A DNA stretch of 45,262 nucleotides from a bacterium (GTDB lineage: Bacteria; Krumholzibacteriota; Krumholzibacteriia; G020349025): NCBI GenBank assembly GCA_031362565.1, contig JANLSU010000033.1, positions 1-45,262 of the forward strand, given 5' to 3'. Numbering within the stretch: position 1 is the first letter of the stretch; each line of letters starts with the position of its first letter. The notes under the pieces were generated by a model that was given only the letters and a program-made list of their open reading frames with translations, had not been told where the DNA came from and ran no database searches. Below are positions 37,380 through 45,262 of the stretch, piece by piece. The position numbers were made by a program, and so were the translations under genes.

Positions 37380-40300
37380 TCAGGCCGGTTCGGGCAGCGC
37401 CGCTCCCGCGGGCATTGCCTCTTCGACCGTGGATTCCACTTCAATGCGAGATGGTACGAGCAGGTACACCGCCGGAATGATGACCAGCGTCAAGAGCGTC
37501 GAGATCGTCAACCCGAAGGCGACCGTGATGGCGAGCGGCGCGCGCAATTCTGCGCCCTCCCCCGTCGCAATCGCCATGGGCACGAGGCCGAGGACGCTCG
37601 TCAGCGTCGTCATGACAATCGGCCGCAGCCGAATGTGCCCGCCGAGCAGCACCGCTTCGGCCTTGCCGAGTCCCGCCCGCCGCTGCTGATTCACGCAGTC
37701 GATGAGCACGATGGCATTGTTGACGACAATTCCGGCCAGCAGAATGACGCCCATGAACACGATGACGCTGATCGGCCAGCCGGTGATGAACAGGCCGAGC
37801 ACGACGCCCACCATCGCCATCGGGATCGTAAAGAGAATGATGAGCGGATGGATGAGCGATTCGAACGTTGCCGCCATGACGAGATAGACGAGGAACACCG
37901 CCAGCAAGAGCGCGAACTTGAGGCTCCGGAACGAGACCTGCATTTCCTCGTTCTGGCCGCCGATCTCGGCCGATACGCCGCGCGGCGGCGGATTCTCGCG
38001 CAAGAGCCGCTGGATGTCTTGCACCGCTTCACCCAGGCCGCGCGCCGCCAAGTTGCCGGTGATGACCGCGGCGCGCTGTTGCTCGAGCCGGTGGATCTCC
38101 GCCGGACCGCGTGCCAGTTCCACGGTGGCAACCGACGTCAAACGCACCGGCACGCCGTTGCGCTGGGTGATGACCAAATTGCGCACGTCTTCCTGGGTCT
38201 TGCGGTCGTCGACGCGGTTCCGCACCCGGATATCGATCTGCCGGTCCTCTTCCTTGAAGTGGGTCGGTACGGCGCCCTGCACCCGGTCGCGCAGGATGGC
38301 CGACATCTGCGCCATGTCGAGCCCCAGTGCCGCCAGGCGCTCGCGATCGAAGACAACGCGCAGCTCCGGGTTGCCGGCCTCGAGTGACGTCCGCAAGTCC
38401 ACGAAGCCGGGCAGCTCGCGCAACTTGCCGACGATCTTGTCGGAATACTCGCGGAGCGGCTCCAAGCTCTCGCCGTAGAGATCCACCTCGATGGGCGTCT
38501 TGAGTGTGAAGTAGGACGGCGCTCCGAGCTTCGAGTGCAGATCCGGAATGGCTTCGAATTTGCGGCGCAGATTGCCGAGCGATGCCTGGCGTTGCTCGAG
38601 GTTCGTACCCGGCTTGAAGACGACATTCAGCTGTCCCAAGTTCTCGTCACGGGTCCGAAGCGACATGCCTCCTGACGACGGCCGGCTGCCGACACTCGCG
38701 TCATAGCGAATGAGCAGCGGCTCAGCGGCCGCCGCGGCCTCCATCTGCTGCAGCACGCGGTCCGTCGCCGTAACCGCCGTCCCTTCCGGCATCGTCACTT
38801 CGAAGAAGTACTCGCCGTGATCGAGCGCCGGGATGAGTTCGGTCTGCAAGCGCGGCACCAAGGCCATCGAGGCCGCGAATACCGCCGTGCCGAGTCCCAC
38901 CGTGGTCCACGGGCGGCGGAGCGCGGCACGCACGACACGATCATAGAGACGCGAGAACCAACCCAGCGTCATCTCCGGCGAACCACTCGTGGATGGCTGC
39001 GTCACCTTGAGGAAGCGTTTGCGGCCCATGGCCGCCAGCATCGGGGTCAGGGTGAGCGACACGACCAGCGACGCGAGCCGGCTGATGCTGACCGCGAGCG
39101 CCTGATCCTTGAAGAGCTGCCCCGCCACACCCTCGACGAAAAGAATGGGTAGGAACACCGCCGCCGTCGTCAGCGTCGAAGCAATGACCGCGGCGCCGAC
39201 TTCGGTCGTGCCGTCGATCGCGGCGCGGATCATGGTCATGCCTTGGTGGCGCTTGCGGTGAATGGCTTCCAGCACCACGATCGAGTCGTCGACCAACATC
39301 CCGACGCCCAGCGTCAGGCCGCCCATCGACATGACATTCAGCGACACGCCCATGCGGTACATGAAGATGAACGTCGCGACAACCGACAGCGGAATCGCCA
39401 GGGCCACGATCATGGCGCTGCGGAAATCGCGTAGGAAGAATACCAGCACCGCGATCGCCAGCAACCCCCCTTCGAGCGCCGCCGTCCGCACGTCATCGAT
39501 GGATTGTTGAATGAATGCCGACTGGTCGAAGAGCACGGTCAGGTTGGTGTCGCGCGGCAGGGCTGCCTGCAGCTCGGCGAGTTTGGCGCGCACGGCCTTG
39601 GCGACCGCGACCGTATTGGCGTCACCCTCTTTGTGAATCTCGATCTCGACGCATTCGGTGCCACGGACACGAGCGATCTCGGTGCGCTCACGGAACCCGC
39701 GCTGCACGGTTGCGACATCGCGCAGGTAGACCGGGATGTCGCGATTCGTGCCGACGACGAGCCCGCCGATGTCGGCGACGTTCTCGTACTCGTTCAATGT
39801 CCGCACCAGATACTGCGTGTCCCGATCGCGGAGCGCGCCACCCGGCTGATTCACATTGGAGGCTTGCACCAGAGTGACGATGCTCTCCATGGGGATCCCG
39901 AGTGCCGCCAGCTTGCCCTGATCGACATCAATCTGGATCTCTTCCTCGAGTCCACCCTGCACCTGTGCCGACGCCACGCCTTTGACGGTCTCGAACTCTT
40001 GCTTCAAGCGCTTGTCGGCGATGTGCCGCAACTGCACGAGATCCCCGGTGCCATAGAGTGCCACCCGGATGATGGGGTCGAGCGAGGGGTCGAAGCGCAG
40101 AACGAGGGGGCTTTCGGCGCCCTGTGGCAGGACGAGCCGGTCGAGGCGTTCGCGCACATCCATGGACAGGGCGTCCATGTTCGAATCCCAGTCGAATTCG
40201 AGCGTCACTTCCGAAGTACCGCTCCGCGACACCGAATGAATCGACTTGAGGCCGCGCAAGACGCCGACCGCTTCCTCGACCGGCCGCGTGACCAAGTTCT

Positions 40301-40484
40301 CGACTTCGGCGGGTGCTGCGTCTGGAAGCTCGGTTTGCACCGTCAGCGATGGGTAGTGAATATCAGGCAAAAGGTCGACGGCGAGGCGGCTGTAGCCCAC
40401 CGCCCCGAACGCGATGACGGCCATCGACAGCATGAGGATGGTGACCCGCCGGTGAACGGCGAATTGGACGAGGGCGCGCAGCAT
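37380..40484 (-). CDS. AcrB/AcrD/AcrF-family RND permease (subunit 1)
   Basis: LAVDLLPDIHYP, GVGMLVDDSIVVLEAI, RLRPIVMTTLT, GAELRAPLAI. Confidence 0.92.
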   Translation of the reverse strand: MLRALVQFAVHRRVTILMLSMAVIAFGAVGYSRLAVDLLPDIHYPSLTVQTELPDAAPAEVENLVTRPVEEAVGVLRGLKSIHSVSRSGTSEVTLEFDWDSNMDALSMDVRERLDRLVLPQGAESPLVLRFDPSLDPIIRVALYGTGDLVQLRHIADKRLKQEFETVKGVASAQVQGGLEEEIQIDVDQGKLAALGIPMESIVTLVQASNVNQPGGALRDRDTQYLVRTLNEYENVADIGGLVVGTNRDIPVYLRDVATVQRGFRERTEIARVRGTECVEIEIHKEGDANTVAVAKAVRAKLAELQAALPRDTNLTVLFDQSAFIQQSIDDVRTAALEGGLLAIAVLVFFLRDFRSAMIVALAIPLSVVATFIFMYRMGVSLNVMSMGGLTLGVGMLVDDSIVVLEAIHRKRHQGMTMIRAAIDGTTEVGAAVIASTLTTAAVFLPILFVEGVAGQLFKDQALAVSISRLASLVVSLTLTPMLAAMGRKRFLKVTQPSTSGSPEMTLGWFSRLYDRVVRAALRRPWTTVGLGTAVFAASMALVPRLQTELIPALDHGEYFFEVTMPEGTAVTATDRVLQQMEAAAAAEPLLIRYDASVGSRPSSGGMSLRTRDENLGQLNVVFKPGTNLEQRQASLGNLRRKFEAIPDLHSKLGAPSYFTLKTPIEVDLYGESLEPLREYSDKIVGKLRELPGFVDLRTSLEAGNPELRVVFDRERLAALGLDMAQMSAILRDRVQGAVPTHFKEEDRQIDIRVRNRVDDRKTQEDVRNLVITQRNGVPVRLTSVATVELARGPAEIHRLEQQRAAVITGNLAARGLGEAVQDIQRLLRENPPPRGVSAEIGGQNEEMQVSFRSLKFALLLAVFLVYLVMAATFESLIHPLIILFTIPMAMVGVVLGLFITGWPISVIVFMGVILLAGIVVNNAIVLIDCVNQQRRAGLGKAEAVLLGGHIRLRPIVMTTLTSVLGLVPMAIATGEGAELRAPLAITVAFGLTISTLLTLVIIPAVYLLVPSRIEVESTVEEAMPAGAALPEPA

Positions 40485-41668
40485 CACGAACCCCGCCGGT
40501 CAGCCACCGCCGCGGGGTTGGCGTCGGCTGTGGTGTCCAGGATTTTGATCTTGGCGCCGTCCTTCAGCGAACGCTGGCCCTTCACGACGACCCGCTCACC
40601 CGCGTCGAGTCCTTGGAGGATCTCGGTGTGCGTGTCGTCCATGAATCCCACCTGCACCGGTTTGCGCGTTGCGACCGTGTCGCGCGCCACGTAGACGACG
40701 CGCTCGCCGCGATCCTCGAACACCGCCAGGTTCGGAACGCGAACGACGTTGTCGTGCCGTGCCGTAACGACGCTCACGTGCGCGAAGTCGCCGGGACGCG
40801 TGCCGGGCGGGTAGTCCTTGACGTCCACCGTCACCTTGACGGTGCCGGTATTGGGATCGGCAACGGGGCTCACCAGGCGCACCACACCGCGGAGTGCGGC
40901 GCCATTGCTGTCGAGCGTCAAGTCGGCCTCCTGGCCGTTCTGCAGGGTGCCGAGTTCCTTGGCCGGAACGAAAATATGCGCCAGAAGCGGCCGGAAGTTG
41001 GCGATCTCGAAGAGCGGTGTGCCGACGTTCACCGTCTGGCCGATGTTGACGGTCCGGCTGACGATGGTGCCGGAGAACGGCGCCGGCACCACCGTGTAGG
41101 AAAGTTGATGCTGGGCAAGATCGAGGTCTGCCTGGGCGGCATCGAGGTTGGTCCTGGCCACATCATAGTCGGCCTGCGAGATGACCTGTTGGTCGAGGCT
41201 CGACTTCTGCCGGTCGTGGATGCTCTTCATCTTGGCGACCGTGACCTCGGCCTGGCGGACGCGCAGTTTCAGTTCCGAATCGTCGAGCTGCAGCAACGCT
41301 TGCCCGGTGCGCACCGCAGTGCCCTCGTCGACCAGCAGCTTGGCTACGACGCCACTCGTCCGCGCCAGAAGCTGCGCCCGGTTCTCGGCCTCCAAAGTAG
41401 CCGTCGTCGTATAGCGCTGCTGGGCGGTGCCACGCGCCGCGGGATCCACCGCCACGTTGATCGGCGGCTCCGCCGGTGGTCCGCCCTCGCCCGGCTTACC
41501 GCCCGGAGCCGCGGCGTGGGCGCCACCCGCCGGTGGTGTCTTGCCATCTGCCTTTTTGCCGCAACCCGTTAGGACGGCACCGAATAGAAACGCGACGCCG
41601 AGCCCGGCCGCGAGCCCCGTGACCAAGCCACGGACGCGACGGGAGCGGCGGGATCCAAGACGATTCAT
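40484..41668 (-). CDS. RND periplasmic adaptor (MFP)
   Basis: Lipobox LTGC, lipoyl halves flanking a hairpin, VVVKGQRSLKDG. Confidence 0.9.
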   Translation of the reverse strand: MNRLGSRRSRRVRGLVTGLAAGLGVAFLFGAVLTGCGKKADGKTPPAGGAHAAAPGGKPGEGGPPAEPPINVAVDPAARGTAQQRYTTTATLEAENRAQLLARTSGVVAKLLVDEGTAVRTGQALLQLDDSELKLRVRQAEVTVAKMKSIHDRQKSSLDQQVISQADYDVARTNLDAAQADLDLAQHQLSYTVVPAPFSGTIVSRTVNIGQTVNVGTPLFEIANFRPLLAHIFVPAKELGTLQNGQEADLTLDSNGAALRGVVRLVSPVADPNTGTVKVTVDVKDYPPGTRPGDFAHVSVVTARHDNVVRVPNLAVFEDRGERVVYVARDTVATRKPVQVGFMDDTHTEILQGLDAGERVVVKGQRSLKDGAKIKILDTTADANPAAVADRRGS

Positions 41669-41811
41669 GGAAATCCCATCCGGAACGGGTGACAAGGCAT
41701 TTGGGCGAGGTTGGCTAAAACACATTCTAGTACGGTCGTCCGGAAGCGAAGGTTCCCGAAAAAGGGACCACCCGCTTCCTCAAAGGGTGGAACTGCACCC
41801 TTGCATGGCGT

Positions 41812-41960
41812 ATGGGTGAGGTGCGGCTCCAAACCGGCGGGGGCGAAATCCGCGTTACGGATGCGGATGCGACCGGCATGATCTCGACCGGCGGAGGTGG
41901 GGTCCAGTTGTCGCGGGTCCGCGGCGACCTGCGCGGCGCCAGGGGCGGTAGCCGGACGTT
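41812..41960 (+). pseudogene. Remnant of a DUF4097-type beta-strand repeat gene
   Basis: GEVRLQTGGGEIRVTDADATGMISTGGGGVQLSRVRGDL repeats; the rest of the ORF is antisense to GH9. Confidence 0.45.
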
Positions 41961-41994
41961 CGGACCGGATTGCACGGCGCTTCGCGCCGCGCGA

Positions 41995-43992
41995 CTAGCG
42001 CAAGCGCACAATCCTGCCGCGCGTCTCGCCGCGCGTCGAAAGAAAATAAATCCCGTTGGGCGCCTGCCGCCCGGTGCGATCCAATCCATCCCAGGTCACT
42101 TCGCGTGCCGCCGCGTCGCCCCCCGGCAGCCGGAGCCGCCTGCAAAGCCGCCCATGCACATCATGAATATCGAGCCACTCCGGCACCGCTGCCGCCGCCG
42201 ACGCCACTCCCACCGCCGGCTCGCCTCCACGCAACACAATCCGCGTCGACTCCCCGAACGGATTCGGATACGCGGCAATCGTCCGCACACTCACCGCCGG
42301 TGGCGGACCGCCCTCCTCCACCGCCGTCGGCGCACCGCGGCTCGCAAACAGCGCCAGCATGAAGATCGTCGGCGCATTGCTCGCGATCCCAGGCTCGTTC
42401 GTCACATAGTTCGCGCCATCGTCCTGATACGTACCGCGTGAGGCTTGGAATTCCGCGTATTCGTCGGGGTGGTTGAGCACGATCCCCTGGTCCTGAATTT
42501 CCTGCGCGGTCGCCGGCCCTTCCGCAACGGCCCCCGGCATGGCACCGTTGTGCTTGATGGCGGCCACCTGATGATGGAAGTCCTGGGTCGAAACCGCACC
42601 GACGCCGCCGATAAAGCACACACCCCACGGATTCGTGCCCATCAGGAAATCGCGCTGGGCGAATGCCATGCCGTTGTAAGTCGTCTGCCCAGTCAATCGC
42701 TCATACAGCAAGGCCTCGGCCGCCATCTGCGTGATCACCAGATTGATGCCCCAAAGTTCGGTGCCGGCCATGCCGAAGGGATGGGCGATCGAATCGTCGC
42801 GAAACTGGCTCACATCGGTAAGGAGATTGGCGAGTGCCGGAGCATGGTAGGGCGCGATCAGTGCGTCGGCCAATCCATTCATCGTGCCCCATCCCGACCA
42901 GTAGCCGGGGCCGGCGAGATCGGACTGCGACTTGGCGTCGTTGAGATACGACACCTGGCCGGTCGTGAGGTACATCTCGATGGCGCCCAGTGCAACCTTG
43001 TCGCGATAGGTGTTGTCGTCATAGAACGAACTGTGGACGATGTTAGGTGCCGATCCCATGGCCGCATACGCATCCAGGGCCGCTATGCGGCAGGAATCCG
43101 CCAGTCCCGGCGCAGTGACCGCGTAGGCGCGCGCGGCGCGGGCTAATGCGGCGATGTACCGGCCGTAGTGATTCTTCCCGGGTCCGTAGTACGCCGGCCG
43201 CAGCGCCGTGAGTGCATCGTTCTCCGGCAAACGGAAACCCTCATTGTGATCGGCGTCGTCCGAGACCTGCCAGAGGAAACGGCCCGCCTGATAGCGCAGC
43301 TTCAGCAGGAAGCGCACGCCAATCTTGGCTTCGTCGAGTAAATCCGAAACGCCGTTGCCGTTCGTGTCACCGGCCAGATTGGGTCGCAATTCATTGGCCC
43401 ACAGAAGCAGATGCGTGCTGTACGCGACCGTGCTTGCGAACTTGATGTAATCGCCGGCATCGTGCCAGCCGCCCTGCACGTTCACCGCCAGGCCATTGTT
43501 GGGCCCACCGACGATGTTGTGTGCATCCAGCAAATGGCAGACGCCATGGTCGGCGGGTTTCGTCGGTCCGCAGCGTTCCACCGCGAAGAAGCTGAGCGCG
43601 GTCTTCGCCAGCGCCTTGTAGCCGGGCGCGACCCAGGTGGGACTGCCGATTGCGAAGGGCAAGGAATTCTCGCCCGTCGTGACCAACGTCAGCCGGAACT
43701 GGCCGGTCTCGGTCAGGCCGCTGAAGTCGAGGGCGTGCGTAAAGCCGAAGGTGCCCCATGCCCCGAGTGAGGCCGGCACCGTACCCGTGAAAGCGATCGT
43801 TCCCGCCGGTACGCGCAGAACCCGAAACGTTTGGCCGTTGAGATTGGTCTTCGAGAGGACGCGCGCGACCTTGACATCGCTCGTGCCGTAGCCGACTTGG
43901 CTCGGGCGCAAATAGCGATTTGCGGCGTGGCAGGCCGGCGCGCCAAGCGCGAGAGCCACGACCACCAACAACGTCGCGCGTAAAATCCGCAT
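41995..43992 (-). CDS. Glycoside hydrolase family 9 with N-terminal Ig and C-terminal FlgD-Ig domains
   Basis: SQVGY, GGWHDAGDYIKF, GTNPWG, HHQ, YQDDGANYVTNE; C-terminal YPNPF...WDGLDRTG...GIYF. Confidence 0.9.
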   Translation of the reverse strand: MRILRATLLVVVALALGAPACHAANRYLRPSQVGYGTSDVKVARVLSKTNLNGQTFRVLRVPAGTIAFTGTVPASLGAWGTFGFTHALDFSGLTETGQFRLTLVTTGENSLPFAIGSPTWVAPGYKALAKTALSFFAVERCGPTKPADHGVCHLLDAHNIVGGPNNGLAVNVQGGWHDAGDYIKFASTVAYSTHLLLWANELRPNLAGDTNGNGVSDLLDEAKIGVRFLLKLRYQAGRFLWQVSDDADHNEGFRLPENDALTALRPAYYGPGKNHYGRYIAALARAARAYAVTAPGLADSCRIAALDAYAAMGSAPNIVHSSFYDDNTYRDKVALGAIEMYLTTGQVSYLNDAKSQSDLAGPGYWSGWGTMNGLADALIAPYHAPALANLLTDVSQFRDDSIAHPFGMAGTELWGINLVITQMAAEALLYERLTGQTTYNGMAFAQRDFLMGTNPWGVCFIGGVGAVSTQDFHHQVAAIKHNGAMPGAVAEGPATAQEIQDQGIVLNHPDEYAEFQASRGTYQDDGANYVTNEPGIASNAPTIFMLALFASRGAPTAVEEGGPPPAVSVRTIAAYPNPFGESTRIVLRGGEPAVGVASAAAAVPEWLDIHDVHGRLCRRLRLPGGDAAAREVTWDGLDRTGRQAPNGIYFLSTRGETRGRIVRLR

Positions 43993-43993
43993 C

Positions 43994-44437
43994 CTAGCCT
44001 CGCTTTTTTGCCGCCGCCTGGGCGCGGCGGCGCATCTCGTCCGGTGACACGTCCTCGATATGCGTTCCAATGGACCAGACGTTGCCCCAAGCGTCCCGAA
44101 CGCTGCCGTTGCGATCGCCGTAGAACTGGTCGGCGACTTCCTTCAACGACGTGGCCCCGGCGCCGAGCGCGCGGGCGTATGTCGCGTCGGCGTCGGTCAC
44201 GTACACGTAGAGCGCCGCCGGCATCGGCTTCCACTCGCCCTGCGATTCGCCCAACATGAGGATCGAGTCCCCGATGCGGATTTCGGCGTGCATGACCGTG
44301 CCGTCGGGCGCCGCCAGGCGCTCGATCTCCTCGGCACCGAAGGCTTGCTTGATGAAGTCGATGAGCTTTGCGGTGCCTTCTGCGACGATGAACGGGGTGA
44401 CCGTGTGGTACCCCTCGGGAATGGGTTGGACGGCCAT
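43994..44437 (-). CDS. VOC/glyoxalase family protein (PhnB-like)
   Basis: PIPEGYHTVTP, HAEIRIGDS, DQFYGDRNGSVRDAWGNVW. Confidence 0.9.
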   Translation of the reverse strand: MAVQPIPEGYHTVTPFIVAEGTAKLIDFIKQAFGAEEIERLAAPDGTVMHAEIRIGDSILMLGESQGEWKPMPAALYVYVTDADATYARALGAGATSLKEVADQFYGDRNGSVRDAWGNVWSIGTHIEDVSPDEMRRRAQAAAKKRG

Positions 44438-44517
44438 TGCCGGCTCCTTTCGTGCGAGTGATTGAGCGTGACGCACACCGGGGTCCGGCCGCAAGCCCCA
44501 AGCGGGCCCGGCAACGG

Positions 44518-45126
44518 TCACTGGCTTGCGGGCTCCGGCTGCGCGCCGCGCAACAGCGCGGTTGCGGCACTGACCGCGTCGCGGGTCCCGGTAAGAGCCA
44601 GAATGTCTCCCGTTTGCAACACCTCACGGGCGGTTGGAACCACACCCAGGTCACCACGCGTGATGGCCAGGACGGTGGCGCCGGTCAAGCCGCGCACATT
44701 GAGCTGGGCCAGAGTCTTGCCGACGGCCGCGTGGTCCGATTCGAGGCGCAGCATCGCGGGGGCGCCCAAACCAGGCAGGAATTCGGCGACCCGCGCCAGG
44801 GCGTCGTCCGTCGAGCGATTCGAGTGCGTGCGCGCCTGGGAGGTGAGCACGTCGACGATCATCGCGGCGCCGGCCTTTACGTGGCCGTGGAGATTCGTCG
44901 CACTGCGCCAAAACGCAACACCCAAAATCGTCAGCAACACGAGCAGCGCGATCGCCCCCTGCAGGACGCTCACGAACGGTTGGGTCACGGCCAGAAGCGG
45001 CAGGCCGACGAGGAGGGCGATGGCGAGTTGCAGGGTGACGACAAACGCCCGCCGCGGTGCATCGGCCAAATCGGTCTTCCCCTCCCGAAGCCGCGGCAAT
45101 GTCGCTTCCGCCAGTATTTCGCCTAG
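44518..45126 (-). pseudogene. 3' part of a cation:proton antiporter (CPA2) with TrkA-C domain, interrupted by an IS
   Basis: Two TMs then GKTLAQLNVRGLTGATVLAITR...GDILALTG. The frame stays open upstream to CTAG 45123-45126 with no credible start. Confidence 0.72.
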
Positions 45127-45262
45127 GAGCCTGTCCGAGTAATCCCCGATTTCAGGGTAGACAGACCGGCTGAATTGCGGTTTTTATGCAGCATGTCGAA
45201 AACCTTCCGCCCCTGGAACATCGAGCAGGTCATGCTGCTCCCACCCTCGGTCCGAGACTTCG
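45127..45262 (+). mobile_element. IS1182-family insertion sequence, left end
   Basis: Starts GAGCCTGTCCGAGTAAT directly after CTAG; transposase N-terminus follows. Confidence 0.78.
45193..45262 (+). CDS. IS1182-family transposase (5' fragment)
   Basis: MSKTFRPWNIEQVMLLPPSVRDF matches the F(R/K)PY..Q..LLPPS..D pattern of IS1182 transposases. Confidence 0.78.
   Translation, partial: MSKTFRPWNIEQVMLLPPSVRDF

Noticed and set aside
34088..38387. Long plus-strand ORFs (34088..36202, 36918..38387)
   Set aside because: Antisense shadows of the RND permeases.
41960..42441. Full 209-aa gene at 41812..42441
   Set aside because: Only the first ~45 codons look protein-like; the rest is antisense to GH9.

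Overview
This is a 45 kb, GC-rich bacterial window. Three secreted proteins with C-terminal FlgD-Ig domains and one ending in SWGxxKxLFR suggest an FCB-group lineage such as Eisenbacteria, Krumholzibacteriota or Latescibacterota (inference). Left end: a mobile-element boundary. It holds a tRNA-Arg(UCU) 5' half ending exactly at the anticodon loop, two 34-bp direct repeats resembling integrase arm sites, a HigBA-like toxin-antitoxin pair, and an Apea-like HEPN ORF that runs off the window and is absent from the ORF track. Next come a doubly frameshifted S9 peptidase, a PbrT-like cytochrome c without its permease, secreted proteins (beta-propeller phytase-like, a broken LamG/Fn3 protein, alginate-lyase-like) and an orphan modA. 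The centre holds two convergent CzcCBA-type heavy-metal RND operons. The first has an adaptor lacking the alpha-hairpin. The second has a tandem Cys/His (CxxH-x3-E-x2-CxxC) domain in both a small lipoprotein and the adaptor, plus an embedded TlpA thioredoxin. Right part: an ankyrin gene with a structured, switch-like 5' leader, a DUF2330 protein, a TMTC-like GT-C/TPR protein, a two-RND + adaptor operon, GH9, a VOC protein, and a CPA2/TrkA-C antiporter cut by an IS1182-family element at the window edge. All family calls come from motif recognition by eye, not from database searches.
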